This document shows, one piece after another, positions 31,068 through 46,029 of a stretch of 64,000 nt of DNA (its first letter is position 1; each line of letters opens with the position of its first letter). The DNA is taken from contig OX597827.1 of assembly GCA_951406725.2 (NCBI GenBank), positions 41,478,001-41,542,000 on the forward strand. The letters are read 5' to 3'. The translations under genes were made by a program, and so were the position numbers. This DNA is from Octopus vulgaris (lineage: Eukaryota). The notes beneath the pieces are model-generated. The model saw nothing but the letters and a program-made list of their open reading frames with translations, did no database searches and was not told the DNA's origin.

Positions 31068-31464
31068 ACTAGCAGTATCGCCCGGCGTTGCTCGGGTTGG
31101 TAAGGGAAATAACTATATAAGCATTTTTAGAGAGTTATAGCCAAAAAATAGCAAAAAAATGCACTAAAAATGGAAAAAAAATTATGGTAAATTTTTTTTT
31201 AAATCGTTGACTCATCGTAGACATTTTTAGAGAGTTACTTCCCTTATATAATAGCGAAAAAAATGCATTAAAATGGAAAAAAATGATGGTAACTTTTTTT
31301 TTAAATCGTAGCCTCATCGTAGACGCGCGCTAATACCCAGAAGGGCTCGATATGAATCACGACTATAAGATACCCGGTTTTGGTTAAACTACACCGCAAA
31401 ATGTGGGAGTAGTTAGGAATCTAAATCGTAGGAGACAAACACACAACTTCACTTTTATATATAT
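31068..31464 (-). mobile_element. Non-autonomous Helitron
   Basis: Minus strand begins TATATAAAAGTGAAGTTGTGTG and ends with hairpin CCCGAGCAACGCCGGG followed by CTAG|T. Confidence 0.8.
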
Positions 31465-31684
31465 TTCATTTTCGTGAGCAGTACAGTGACGTAGCCCCTA
31501 CTGTTCGAACAGGAGAAACGTAGCCCTGCATTTACCCCAGGCACATGGTTGTGCAGCGAATGGTCGCAATGACAAATAAATTGATAAAGATTCCAAAAAT
31601 ACGTTTGGAATGATCGGAGGTGCTTTCGCACTCGGCAACGTTGTGTGGTGAAGCAAGAGGGTTAACAAGTAGTTTTGTTTAAAA

Positions 31685-32174
31685 CACTGTTTCTCAATCA
31701 TTTTGATTCTTATTTTAATCAGATGGATCCTTCTAGCCATTCGATATTTAAAGCATCATATATTTTTATAATTACGGTAACCCCACGTTTGTCGCGAGAG
31801 TTACGTTCCAAAACCCACCACAATAGGTGAAAATCCGTGAAGTAGAAACAGTACTGTATATCTTTTTAAAATTATTTTTATAATTTGTATGTATTTTATT
31901 ATAAATGCAAAACAATACCACGGAGGAATCGACGTAAACTTAAATAGTAAACCGCGATTGGTAAACCGCGATTGGTAAACCGCGATAGGTGAACCGTGAT
32001 ATGCCGAGGGATTACTGTAAATATTAGGAATTGCATTAAAAAATTGTTAAAATATTTTGTGTATCGTAGAAGTATAACGAATTTATTGCAGATAAATTTT
32101 AATAAAAAAATCTTGTAGGGACCCTCAAGGCTCATATGGACTCACCCCCACCACACTCCGGTTGAGAACCATTT
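31685..32174 (-). mobile_element. hAT-type MITE interrupted by a pogo/Tigger-like MITE
   Basis: Ends CACTGTTTCTCAATC / GGTTGAGAACCATT; aligns with the 30454 copy once 31775-32017 is removed. Confidence 0.65.
31775..32017. mobile_element. pogo/Tigger-like MITE
   Basis: TA | CGGTAACCCCACG ... CGAGGGATTACTG | TA; internal 14-bp AAACCGCGATTGGT tandem. Confidence 0.75.
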
Positions 32175-32869
32175 ATTTAGAGCATGCTGTGCGAGTTTGA
32201 AAACTAAGCGGGCATCAAATATGGAGGCTTTTTCAGTTAGAGAGCGACTTATCAAACCATCTTATTTGAGTGACGACAAGTTGGAGATCCTTGTTAAATC
32301 GAGGCGATCAGAAAACTCTGATGCAAACTCGATGGCACGCATACGTTTGGTGAATGGGCGATGGTTTTTGTCATTGGATTCCTTGAGGCTAACCAATTGT
32401 GGGTGAAGTCTTACCAGCTTTTGCTGTTGGTGGTGGGCAATTTTCACAGGGCGTTCAAATGAGTCTAAGACGTTTACCCCTGCGTGGACAAAAATCCCCC
32501 AAGGATGATGATTTGAAACTTCTTAATATATTCGAGAGAGAGAGAGTAATTAACCAAGGGGGGGGGGTTCTTCTAGTGGGTAGTTGTCGTCGGGAGAAAT
32601 TGTCCACTGGGGGCGGGGTAATTGTCTTGATACGCGTTAAAATATACATAACACACACACATACACAAGAACGCAAGCACACATACACACAAACACTTAC
32701 ACACGCATGCACATACACATACAATTGTACACACACACACACATACGCATACACACACAAACACATATGACTTGTCCATATTACTCCACAAGGAGTATAT
32801 GGCTAGTTTCCTGGTTTCTCTGGCATAGGTATTGCTGTCTGGGTGGGACGACGGTCCGTCTCAGGATTA

Positions 32870-33020
32870 GTTATTTTTTTTATCAGCTGAGTGGACTGGA
32901 GCAACGTGAAATGAAGTGTTTTGCTCAAGAATACAACGCATCGCCCGATCCAGGTATCGAAACCACAGTCTTACAATTATGAGTCCAACACCCTAACCAC
33001 TAAACCGCGTGCCCCCACCT
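32870..33020 (-). mobile_element. CORE-like tRNA SINE family E
   Basis: Reverse complement of the 59487 copy: TAGTGGTTAGGGTGTTGGACTCA head, TTGAGCAAAACACTTCATTTCACGTTGCTCCAGTCCACTCAGCTG. Confidence 0.8.
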
Positions 33021-33029
33021 CCCCACACT

Positions 33030-34188
33030 TACACGCGCGCTCACACACACCAACACACACACTCTCATATGCATACATTCTCACTCTCTCACACATACAC
33101 ATTCACACACATACAAACACTCCCACACACACACACACACACACGCACTCTCACATAAACACACACACATGTACACACGTACAAACACTCACACACACAT
33201 ACATACACACACTCACATAAACACACACACATGTACACACGTACAAACACTCACACACACATACACACACACACATAAACATACACACATGCACACACAC
33301 GTACATATAGTCACACACACACTTACATAAACACACACATATACGCATACATACAAACACTCACACACACACACACATACACATACATACAAACACTCAC
33401 ACACACATACACACACTCACATAAACACACACATGCACACACATACACACACACACACACATACACACACACACACATAAACACACATACAAACACTCAC
33501 ACGCATATACACACACACTCACACACTCACATATACACACACACATACACACACACACATACACACACACATACAAACACTCACATACACACACACTCAC
33601 ATAAACACACACGCATGCAGACACATACAAACACTCACACACACATACTCACATACACACAGACATACGCTCACTCACACACACGCGCGCGCGCACACAC
33701 GCACAATTAAAGTGTCGCACCTGTGTGAATTGCAATTAAATGGCGACAAGTTCTCAATGCCGTTGTAGCGAGTTGAATGACATTGTTCATTCAAAGCCGA
33801 AGCTGCGCGATTCGTTGTTCGGGGATTCTCGTTTTCCGCCGGAAGGCGACTGGATATCCATACGTAAATGTTTTATAAGCTTATAAATCAGGTGGGTTTT
33901 TTCTGGATCAGGTGGGTAGCATCTCTTGGTTACCTGTGGGCGAGTTGCTAAGAGAGGAGGCGAGACGGAAAAAAGAGAAAGAGAGAGAGAGAGAGAGATA
34001 GAAAGAGGGAGAGAAAGAGAGAGGGGAGAAAGAGGGAGGGGAAAAGAGAAAGAGGGAGAAAGAGGGAGAGGAAAAGAGAAAGAGAAAGAGAAATAGGGAA
34101 AGAAAGTCAGTGAGAGAAAGAGAGGGAGAAAGAGGGAGAGGAAAAGAGAAAGAGAGAGAGGGAGAAAGAGGAAGAGAGAGAGAAAGAG

Positions 34189-34237
<49 letters not shown>

Positions 34238-34655
34238 GAGCAAAAGCAAAAGTGAGAGAGAAGGACGGGGTGAGACAGAGAGGATAAGAAATGTAATGAA
34301 AGAAGAAAGAAAAAATGGAAGAAAAAAGAAGAAAAGGTTGAAGGAAGATAAGGAAAAGAAGATGAAGATAAGGAAAGAAGAAGAGGGTAATGAGATGCTG
34401 AAGATTCTGACTTAAAGAACCTGACAAAGACGAAGGTCTGTAAGAGGATGTGAATTGTGTCCGCTGAGGTATGAAGAATTTCGATTAAAAATGAAATAGC
34501 ATTAGTCTTCGAACCAATACGTCTCTTGTTTATTGGCTTCAAGGATAATATTTCGAAGCATCCCACGCACATACATACACACATACATACATGCATGCAT
34601 ACATATATGCATACATACATACATACATACATACATACATACATACATACATACA

Positions 34656-34689
<34 letters not shown>

Positions 34690-34794
34690 CATACAAACAT
34701 GCATATATACATATATACAAACGTATATTTATATGTGTGTGTAGACGTGTATGAAATATATATTTATATATGAAAATAAAAATATAAATATAAA

Positions 34795-34841
<47 letters not shown>

Positions 34842-35050
34842 TTCTCTCTTTATATATATATATATACACACGCATATATGTATACACACGCCTGTCTTCA
34901 CATATATATATCTCCCACATATACGAATATATGAATACACACACACACACATATGTATATATGTATATATACATATATATATGTGAGAAAGTTGGTGTAT
35001 GTATGTATATATATATATATATGTGAGAAAGTTGGTGTATATATATATAT
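33030..35050. repeat. Cryptic (CA)n array, GA-rich purine tract (33970-34385) and TACA/TA repeats
   Basis: Directly visible; these surround a unique island at 33703-33968. Confidence 0.9.
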
Positions 35051-35771
35051 ATATTTCGTTTTTGGGAACGCAGTGTAAATAACGAACAGAGTCAAAACTA
35101 CTGAAAAGGTTGCAAGACGCAACGAAAATTTTAGGAAAATAAAAATAAGAAAAAAAAGTGGAAATTTTACCGGTGTGTGTGTGTTTTGTTATAAGGCACA
35201 AAAAGAAAATTACTCTCTCCAGACCCAACAGTATATATATATATACATGTATATATATTCACGCATACCTATTTATTATAAATTGCATATTTCATCCTCA
35301 TACAAATAAACATATCTGCATACATGCATATACTGGTATATATACTCATATACGCACACATCTATACACACTATGTTCACAAATAAGCATATACACACAA
35401 ATACAAACGCACTAACATATCTATAAATACACATATTTGCCTAACATATCTACCAGTATATCACACACACATATAAAGATATAAAGACACACACATACAC
35501 GCACACATACAACACACATACACAAACACACATTCAGTAAGTATATAGCAATTCGCCATTCATGAATCAAATACCCGCTCATTCAGTTCTCGAAATTTTA
35601 CCATAAATAGCAATCGGCCACGATGGGTGAAATGTCAAGCGATCGCAATACACAATAGAAAGGTAAGCAGATGCATTATGATACAACCGAAAAAGATCCT
35701 GTCTTACCGTGACAGAGTAAATGCTTCCATAGTACTTCAGAAAAATATATTAAGGCGAAAAATATATCATA

Positions 35772-35931
35772 GGCGTAGAGTGGCTGTGGTAAGTAGCTTG
35801 CTTACGAATCACATGGTTCCGGGTTCAGTCCCACTGCGTGACACCTTGGGCAAGTGTCTTCTACTATAGCCACGGGCCGACCAAAGCCTTGTGAGTGGAT
35901 TTGATAGATGGAAACTGAAAGAAGCCCGTCG

Positions 35932-35981
<50 letters not shown>

Positions 35982-36187
35982 TGTGTCTGTGTTTGTCCCC
36001 CCACCAACATCGCTTGACAACTGATGCTGGAGTGTTTACGTCCCCGTAACATAGCGGTTCGGCAAAAGAGACCGACAGAATAAGTTCTTGGCTTACAAAG
36101 AATAAGTCCTGTGGTCGATTTGCTCGACTAATAGCGGTGCTCCAGCATGGCTACAGTCAAATGACTGAAACAAGTAAAAGAATAAGT
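35772..36187 (+). mobile_element. SINE family B, full length
   Basis: Complete head, CCTTGGGCAAGTGTCTT, internal TA/TG tract and tail. Confidence 0.92.
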
Positions 36188-36204
36188 ATACCTGAAGTGT
36201 TTTG

Positions 36205-36473
36205 GACGGCCCATGGCCAAGTGGTTAGAGCAGCTGACTCGCGGTCGAGAGACCGTGGGTTCGAATCTCAGACCGGGCGATATGTGTGTTTATGAGCGAA
36301 ACACCTAATCTCCACGCGGCTCCAGCAGAAGGTAATGGCGAACTTCTGCTGACTCTTTCGTCACAACTTTCTCTCACTTTTTCTCTTGCAGCATTCCGTC
36401 CAGGTGGGGAACCTATACGCCATTGAAACCGGGAAACCGGCCCTTATGAGCCAGGCACGGCTCGAGAAGAAAC
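36205..36473 (+). mobile_element. SINE family C
   Basis: TGGCCAAGTGG A box, GACTCGCGG loop, GGTTCGAATCT B box; same tail as the 6429 copy. Confidence 0.88.
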
Positions 36474-36517
36474 AAGCATACATGAAGTGTTTAGGAGCAA
36501 TTAATGTACTAAGTACA

Positions 36518-37391
36518 CAAGGCATGGGCAATCTTTTTCGGGGAGTGGGCCGCATGAAACATGGCACATCATCAGGTGGGCCTCACGAAACAGGGCACAT
36601 CACCAGTTGGGCCGCATGAAACATGGTACATCTCCAGGTGGGCCCCATGAAACATAGCACATCACCAGGTGGGCCTCACGAAACAGGGCACATCACCAGT
36701 TGGGCCGCATGTAACATGGCACATCACCCGGTGAGCCGCATTACTAAAAAATTTCAAGTTAACTTTTTGTTATGCTTGCTATCAGGAAATCCCGCGGGCC
36801 GCATTTTGCCCGTGACAGAACTCGACACTCATTAATCTCGTCGAGATTATTATTCACGGAGAGTGCTCTATAACTGAGTAAAATTTAGGAGCTATGACAT
36901 ATGCCTATGGCCAATTCTTTTCGGGAAGTGGGCCACATGAGACATGACTCATCATCAGGTGGGCCGCATTAGCAAAAGATTAAAGGTAATATTTTTGTTA
37001 GGCGTACCATTCAGAAAGTCCCGCGGGCCAAATCTTGCCCGTGACTGAACTGGAGACCGGTTAATCACGCGAGACTTTTCGTCTCGTCGAGACGGTTATT
37101 GACAAAGAGTGCTCTATAACTGAGTAAAATTTAGGTGCTATGACATATGCCTGTGGACAATTCTTTTCGGGAAGTGGGTCGCATGAGGCATGACTCATCA
37201 CATTAGCAAAAGATTAAAGGTAGTATTTTTGTTAGGCGTACCATTCAGAAAGCCCCGCGAGCCGCACTTTGCTCGTGATTGAACTGGAGACCGGCTAATC
37301 ACGCGGGGCTTTTCGTCTCGTCGATGTGATTATTCACGGCGAGTGCTCTATAGCTAAGTAAAATCTAGGTGCTATGACAAATGTCTATGTG
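36518..37391 (+). repeat. Three tandem ~240-bp units built from a hAT-like MITE plus flank; the first carries a 31-bp minisatellite
   Basis: Units start near 36524, 36911 and 37157; six 31-bp repeats at 36547-36732; TIR-like GGCATGGGCAA / TTGCCCGTGAC. Confidence 0.85.
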
Positions 37392-37479
37392 AAATAACTG
37401 AACAGAGGGAAAGAAATCAAACTGAAATGAACTTAAATAAAGAAAACATGCGTGTAGTTATCTTTCTACAATATATAAT

Positions 37480-39341
<1,862 letters not shown>

Positions 39342-40017
39342 GACATGTTGATATTGGCATTCTGGCAAATTCTATTGTCAAAACTAGCATACAGCAGCCA
39401 CGAGACTATTTTATATTACTGACAGAAATGTCATCTTATGTCTAAAGGGATTGCAGAACAAACTTATACATGCATATGTATGTGCACACACGCACGCATG
39501 TAGGCATCCCACACACTTATACACACACGCACGCAAACACAAACACACATATGTAGCCATTTATGTATATGAGTATATGTACATACATAAACATGTATCT
39601 ATCTTAAATATATACACAGTTCTGTGCGTACACATACATTTATGAATATATATATATATATATATATATACATCTCTCTCTCTCCCTCTCCCTCCCCCTC
39701 TCTGTCTATCTATATATATATCTACACACGCAATATGTATGCATACACTCAGATACACATTTATATACAGATTATACATACGAAGGCACACACTTTAGAA
39801 TTTCTATATTTACACACACACACGCGCACGCACATACACACACCATACACACACACATGACACGCGCAAAATACACATAGACATAAGCACATACACTCTT
39901 ATACACATACAGAAACAAAAACACATACTTTATATAAACTAAATGATTTTCTTTGTTTGACTCAAGTTTCATGCTACGGCGACTTTCAGGCGAGCCTACT
40001 TTGTTTTTCTTTTGCAG

Positions 40018-40063
40018 AATAAAACAGGCTGATGATCGCCTTGACGTGATACAAGAGTCGTGA
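40018..40063 (+). other. Candidate short exon (IKQADDRLDVIQES*)
   Basis: Acceptor tttgtttttcttttgcag| followed by an open frame to TGA at 40061, or a gtgaga donor at 40060; unsupported otherwise. Confidence 0.2.
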
Positions 40064-40318
40064 GAAAAAGAATTTTAGATTACAAAAGCAATACAGTCAA
40101 TCCTTACTGAAGTTTCTTGCCCGGTTCCATCGACAGTTTATAACAAACTACCATTTGAAAAAAATGCATAATTTAGCATAGCTGTGTAATGTAAAGAAAC
40201 CCGTTAAACACACGCGTTTCCGTTTATAGTAAGTAAAAGAAATCGACTTAATAAGTTTCAACGCTTATTAATGTCTCGTCAGAGATCCTTTGCTCATTTA
40301 CTGTTTAGAGAACGAAAA

Positions 40319-40720
40319 TTGGTTTCAAATTTTGGCACAAGGACAGCAATTTAGGAGAGGGGAAATCGATTCCATCGACCGGCAGTGCTCAATTGGTCCT
40401 TATGTTATTGACCCCGAAATAATGAAATGCAAAGTCGACCTCGGGTGAATTTGAACCCTGATCGCAAAGGCGGACGGTGAATAGGTAAAATCGTTGGCCA
40501 GAATCGGTGGCAAGGCGGTGAGTGGCAGACTCGTTAGCATGCCCAGCCAAATGCTTAGCATTTCGTTCGTCTTCACGTTCTAAGTTCAAATTCCATCATG
40601 ATCGATTTTGCCTTTCATCCTTTCGAGATTGATGAAATAAGTACCAGTTGAACATTGGGGATCGATGTAATCGATTTAACCCCCTCTTACGAACTTCTTG
40701 ACCTTGTGTCAAAATTTGCA
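40319..40720. mobile_element. Head-to-head pair of old SINE A copies (40319-40475 minus; 40514-40720 plus)
   Basis: Both match the family A body and tail type 1. Confidence 0.8.
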
Positions 40721-40731
40721 TCTAATACCTT

Positions 40732-40829
40732 CTTATTATTTATTCAAGGTACAGCCTGGAACTGAACACGCAATCTTGGGGCTAGTAGCCCGCGCTCTTA
40801 ACCATTACGCTATATGCCCGTGGGCATAT
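40732..40829 (-). mobile_element. SINE family D head fragment with palindromic 5' end
   Basis: Matches the family D tRNA head; ends in ATATGCCC-gt-GGGCATAT. Confidence 0.8.
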
Positions 40830-41329
40830 CCTTCTTTCTACACATACTTCATTAACCTGTTGTATTCAGTCAATGCACGTTTCTTTATTTTGCCATGGCT
40901 CTTAGGAATATATCGAATTTCAATTCTATATTGATTTGATAAGGGGACTTTTTTTTATTTCGTCTTTGTATTTGGTTTGTAAGATTCTTGATGTGAATTC
41001 GTGTATTGAAACAAATCTTGTGTCTTGGGAGGATCACTACGCCAATAACGATAACACACGCACTAGTTCAGTATCACTTCTTTGTTGTGAGCCAGTCGGT
41101 TAAATATCTAACAAACTAACGAATCGATCAATTGTTAAATTTGTTGGTTAAAAAAAAATCAATCGGTTATTTGTTTATCAAAGCTCTTTCGTCACTGTTC
41201 GCAACCTCCTCAAGGACATGCTCTCTCTCTTCTAGGTCTGCCTTCAGTTTGTTTATTTCTCTCTGCACCCCACTTCTCTCTAGCTGGTCGAATACATGGT
41301 CAATTACATGCTTAAAATAACTGACCTAG

Positions 41330-41330
41330 T

Positions 41331-41394
<64 letters not shown>

Positions 41395-41558
41395 ACTACT
41401 ACTACTAGTACAACAACAACAACAACAACAACAACAACTACTACTACTACTACTACTACTAGTACTACTACTGCAGCTACGACTACTACTGCAGCTACTA
41501 CTACTACTACTACTGCAGCTACTACTACTACTGCAGCTACTACTACTACTGCTGCTGT

Positions 41559-41627
<69 letters not shown>

Positions 41628-41650
41628 CACCACCATCACCACTACTACTA
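41330..41650. repeat. (CTA)/(CTG)/(CAA) trinucleotide tract
   Basis: Directly visible. Confidence 0.95.
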
Positions 41651-41946
41651 CGGTCAGCCATCCTCTCTCGCAACCAGTGTGGTTTAGCTTTGAAGGAGTG
41701 AAGAGGGAATAAGCATGCTTTCTCTTTTATTCAAGTGATTAATTACATTGTATAACACAATTTCTGTCCTTGGCTAGCAAGTGTTATTTCCTATTTGCTT
41801 TACCCCTAGAAGGTATGAAAAATGGCTCATATTTCCTTTAGACTTTGCCTTTGACACATTCATTCAAGTCCCCATAGAAACCCCTCTCAATACATGGCTG
41901 TGATGCACCGCTACTACTCCTATTCATAATCTGGCACCACGATATT

Positions 41947-42165
41947 GCAGAATCGTTAGCACACTGGGCAAAATGCTTAGCGACATTTCGTCTGTCTTTA
42001 CATCCTGAGTTCAAATTCCGCCGAGGTCGACTTTGCCTTTCATCCTTTCGGGGTCGATAAATTAAGAACCAGTTACACACTGGGGTCGATACAATCGACT
42101 TAATCCGTTTGTCTGTCCTTGTTTGTTCCCTCTGTGTTTAGCCCCTTGCGGGCAGTAAAGAAATA
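41947..42165 (+). mobile_element. SINE family A, 5'-truncated (tail type 2)
   Basis: Family A body with the GCCCCTTGCGGGCAGTAAAGAAA tail; flanking GATATTGC duplication. Confidence 0.88.
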
Positions 42166-43299
42166 GATATTGCTACACCCTAAATGCAACACCTTAACCA
42201 CTTGACCATGCAACTTCACCGACACACACGCACATACACACATACACATACACACACACATACCTTGGATAACATCGGTAGCGTGGACAGGAAAAAACTG
42301 GTATGCAAGGGCAACTGCTGGTCATTTATAAACAACGTTGCCCGGACTTGTGCCTCGGAGGGGACCTTCCTAAGTGCAGTCTTTACCCTTTTATGGTTAA
42401 ACGCTTATTCATTACGTAACACTTTTACTACACTTCTTCGTAGTACACTTATAGTGCAACGCAACATTACTGTACATTACAGTTACACTATAACACTTAC
42501 ATTCACACACCCTTATTACTCTCTCTCCATCGCTCTCTCTATCTCTCTCTCATACACACACACTCAATCATGTATAGATACACATTTAAGTTGACTCACA
42601 CATACACATATACACACATACTAGCTCAATAAGGTACTCAGAAACACACAATCCAGTCAGATACACATAATCAAGTACGTTCACACACTGAGAGTACACA
42701 TACGCACAAACCCAATCAGACACATACACATATATACGCATACACACACACACACACACACGCACAAGCATCCAATTAGGCAGACACACACATACACACT
42801 CAATCAGACGCACAAAGATATTCAATCATAAACAAACACACACACACACACACACACACACGAACACACACACAAGCACTTACACACACATGCACACACA
42901 AGCTATTACACAGAATCTATTACACACACAGACACAATCAATCAGGAGCACGCAGTCACACAGACACACATAACACTCCATCACACACAGGCAGACACGC
43001 ACACAGACACACATACACACACACATACTTACGCACACACACACATACGTACACAAACAGAATCAATCAGTCGCACAGACACACCGTTACACAGGTACAC
43101 ATAACACTCCATCATACAACCCCCCCACACACACGGCACAATTTACGCAAATTGTATCACATGTCAATATTTCATAACACTATTTATAACACGAAGAACA
43201 ACATTAACAAACAAATAAAAACAACAAAAGAACAAACAAAATAGAACATGAAAGGACGATAAATAACTAAGAAGAAAAAAGAAACAATAACACAAGCGA

Positions 43300-43749
43300 T
43301 CAAAATCATCATCATAGTCATCATCATCATCAGCAGCAGCAGCAGCACAGCAGCAGCTCAGCAGCATCAGCAGAAGCTGTTGTAGTAGCAGCAGCAGCAA
43401 CATCATCATTATTCTTGTTCACCATCATCAAAAACCGCATCATTATTACCATCACCACCACCACCACCTCCAACACCACCACCACCACCACCACCACAAA
43501 GACCTCCGTCATTACCACCACCATCACCACCACCACCACCACCACCACCACCACCACCACCACCACTGTTGTCGTTATCATCATCACCATCATCATCATC
43601 ATCATCATCATCAACATTAAGAACCACATCATTATCACCACCACCATTGTTATCATCACCATCATCATCAAGAACCTCATCATTATCACCACCACTTTCA
43701 CCACCACCACCACCACCACCACCACCACTGTTGTCGTTATCATCATCAC

Positions 43750-43800
<51 letters not shown>

Positions 43801-43801
43801 T

Positions 43802-43848
<47 letters not shown>

Positions 43849-43860
43849 TATCCTTATCGC
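43300..43860. repeat. (CAT)/(CAC)/(CAG) trinucleotide tract
   Basis: Directly visible. Confidence 0.95.
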
Positions 43861-43892
43861 TATCTTCATCACAATGATCATGCTCATGATCA

Positions 43893-44215
43893 TCTTTTAC
43901 TTGTTTCAGTCATTACACTGTGGCCATACTGGGGCACCGCCCAGAAGGATTTTTAGTCGGAACAATTTTGACACCAGCGCTTATTATTTTTTAAACGTTG
44001 TATTTATTCTATCGGTCTCTTTTGTAGAACTGCTAGAATACGGGGACGTAAACACACCAACACCAGTTGTCAAGCCGTAGTGAGGGTCACTTGCGTAGCT
44101 AGGGGGACAGGTAGGGGTAGTCCACCCCAGGTGGCACACACTCTAGCTACGCTTGTGGTGAGGGATAAACACAGACACAAGACACATACGCACACACACA
44201 TACACACCCACGCAC
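43893..44215 (-). mobile_element. SINE B 3' half hosting a mini-MITE
   Basis: Family B tail sequence, interrupted at 44088-44157. Confidence 0.8.
44088..44157. mobile_element. 70-bp hAT-type MITE
   Basis: TIRs CACTTGCGTAGCTAG / CTAGCTACGCTTGTG; 8-bp TSD GTGAGGGT / GTGAGGGA. Confidence 0.75.
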
Positions 44216-44223
44216 ATACATGA

Positions 44224-44788
44224 TCTCTTATATAAAATCCGTTCTGTGTGTGTGTGTGTGTCTTCTAGAATCTCGGACATCCTCCAATTGATTGCGCTCA
44301 AATTTGATATGTAGATACCGACGGTATCAGGGCGTGAATAAGTCTTGAAAAAATTACGAAAATCGATTCCAGGTGAGAATGCGATCGATAAAGCCGTTTT
44401 TGTCCTGCTTGTCTTACGTCAACCTGTACATAACTGCACCTTCCATAACTGCACCTTCCATTTTTTGTTGTTTTTGTACTGCTTAAAGGCACGTTTCTTT
44501 CCTGCCAAGCTTACTGTTTAAACCATGTTTGTGTTCACATAGTCAACAGCCTTATCATTACTGGTACTTTAAACTCTTCGGTTGCATATTTGTGAATAAA
44601 ATTGTTTTTCTTTGGAATAGAAAAAAAGTCTATCTTTATTTCTTCTCTTGCTGGTGTCTAAAATTTAGGTTAAATCAGTGTTTCTCAAAGGGGAGGCCTA
44701 TGGGACGGTTGGACAAGTTGTTTTGAGAAAATTTGGTTTAAATGTTTGACAACTCAGCACTGTCCATTTGACGGGGGGCATTTTGCTC

Positions 44789-44790
<2 letters not shown>
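44224..44790 (+). mobile_element. Non-autonomous Helitron-like element (deleted sister of 7243-7937)
   Basis: Same 5' TC start and 3' hairpin-CTCG end; lacks roughly 170 bp of internal sequence. Confidence 0.75.
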
Positions 44791-44850
<60 letters not shown>

Positions 44851-44995
44851 AAAATAAATAACAGGATACCAAGATATCTTGATATCCTGTTGCTTATTTT
44901 GATTTTATTCACCTTACTGCGAGCTCTGCGGATAATATCAGACTGACTTGGTGCTTCAACTTAAGTACCTAATGCAACTGAATCTCAATTATTTC

Positions 44996-45694
44996 TGCTG
45001 TCTGGGAGATATCTTATAGTAGTAGAATAGTAGTTTAACTTCTATTTCTAAATTTCGGTATGTGGCGAAGCAAATTTTGCTGAATCATAATTATAATTTA
45101 TACTCATAATTATAGAATTTTTGTATAAGTTTACCGATAATGGTTCTTTTAACATACTTAACTACTTGGTAAAATTATTAATTATTAATTTATTAATTAA
45201 TTTTACCGTTTATTATCATTGATAATATAATTTTCTCCCTGATAGTAAACTGCAGTTTCTGCGGAATTTTACTCATTGGCACACGTGGGTGAGTGAAGAG
45301 GAATGCGAGATCTCATTCGTCTGTTTGAATTCGGAAGAACTGGTCTTTGGATATATGCTGTTTGATGTCGATTGGTCAAATACGTATGTTAATTATCAGT
45401 GTTCTCAAATTAAAAATTTGAAATACTGTACTGATGAAGAGAGTAAGTGAATAGAAATATGATTTTACATTTTTTCACATCTCTCAAAATCCGAAACGCG
45501 TATACAGTTAATCAGAGCCGAGTATTTTCATTATTTTTTTCTCTTTACCTGCGTGAGTTGTTGAGTATTGCTGTCTGGGAGATATCTTATGGCAGTAGAA
45601 TAGTAGTTTAATTACTATTTCTAAATTTCGGTATGTGGTAAAGCGAATTTTGCTGAACCCTAATTATAATTATACTCATAATTCTATAATTTTT
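44996..45694 (+). mobile_element. Partial tandem element (~573-bp unit) with ~126-bp terminal direct repeat and an internal HHR motif (Penelope pLTR/retrozyme-like)
   Basis: 44996-45122 is repeated at 45569-45694; HHR actgta CTGATGA ... GAAA cgcg ta tacagt at 45425-45508. Confidence 0.65.
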
Positions 45695-45739
45695 ACACAC
45701 ACACACAGATATATATTATATATATGTGTATATATGTAA

Positions 45740-45799
<60 letters not shown>

Positions 45800-45921
45800 C
45801 GCATGTGATTAGAGGGTCCGACATACAATCGTAGTGAGGTCGATGCCCCAGGCGCAAAATATTTTTCCCACAATGACTAAAATAAATAAAAGAATAATAT
45901 ATATATACATATATACATACA

Positions 45922-46002
<81 letters not shown>

Positions 46003-46029
46003 ACACACACACACATATATATGCATACA

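Noticed and set aside
32190-32635. Unique segment with short ORFs and a GGGGTAATTGTC end
   Set aside because: No recognisable motif in any frame; may be an old DNA-transposon remnant but cannot be supported.
36547-36741. Regular 31-bp repeats suggesting a CRISPR array
   Set aside because: Head-to-tail units with no unique spacers, no cas genes, and a eukaryotic context.
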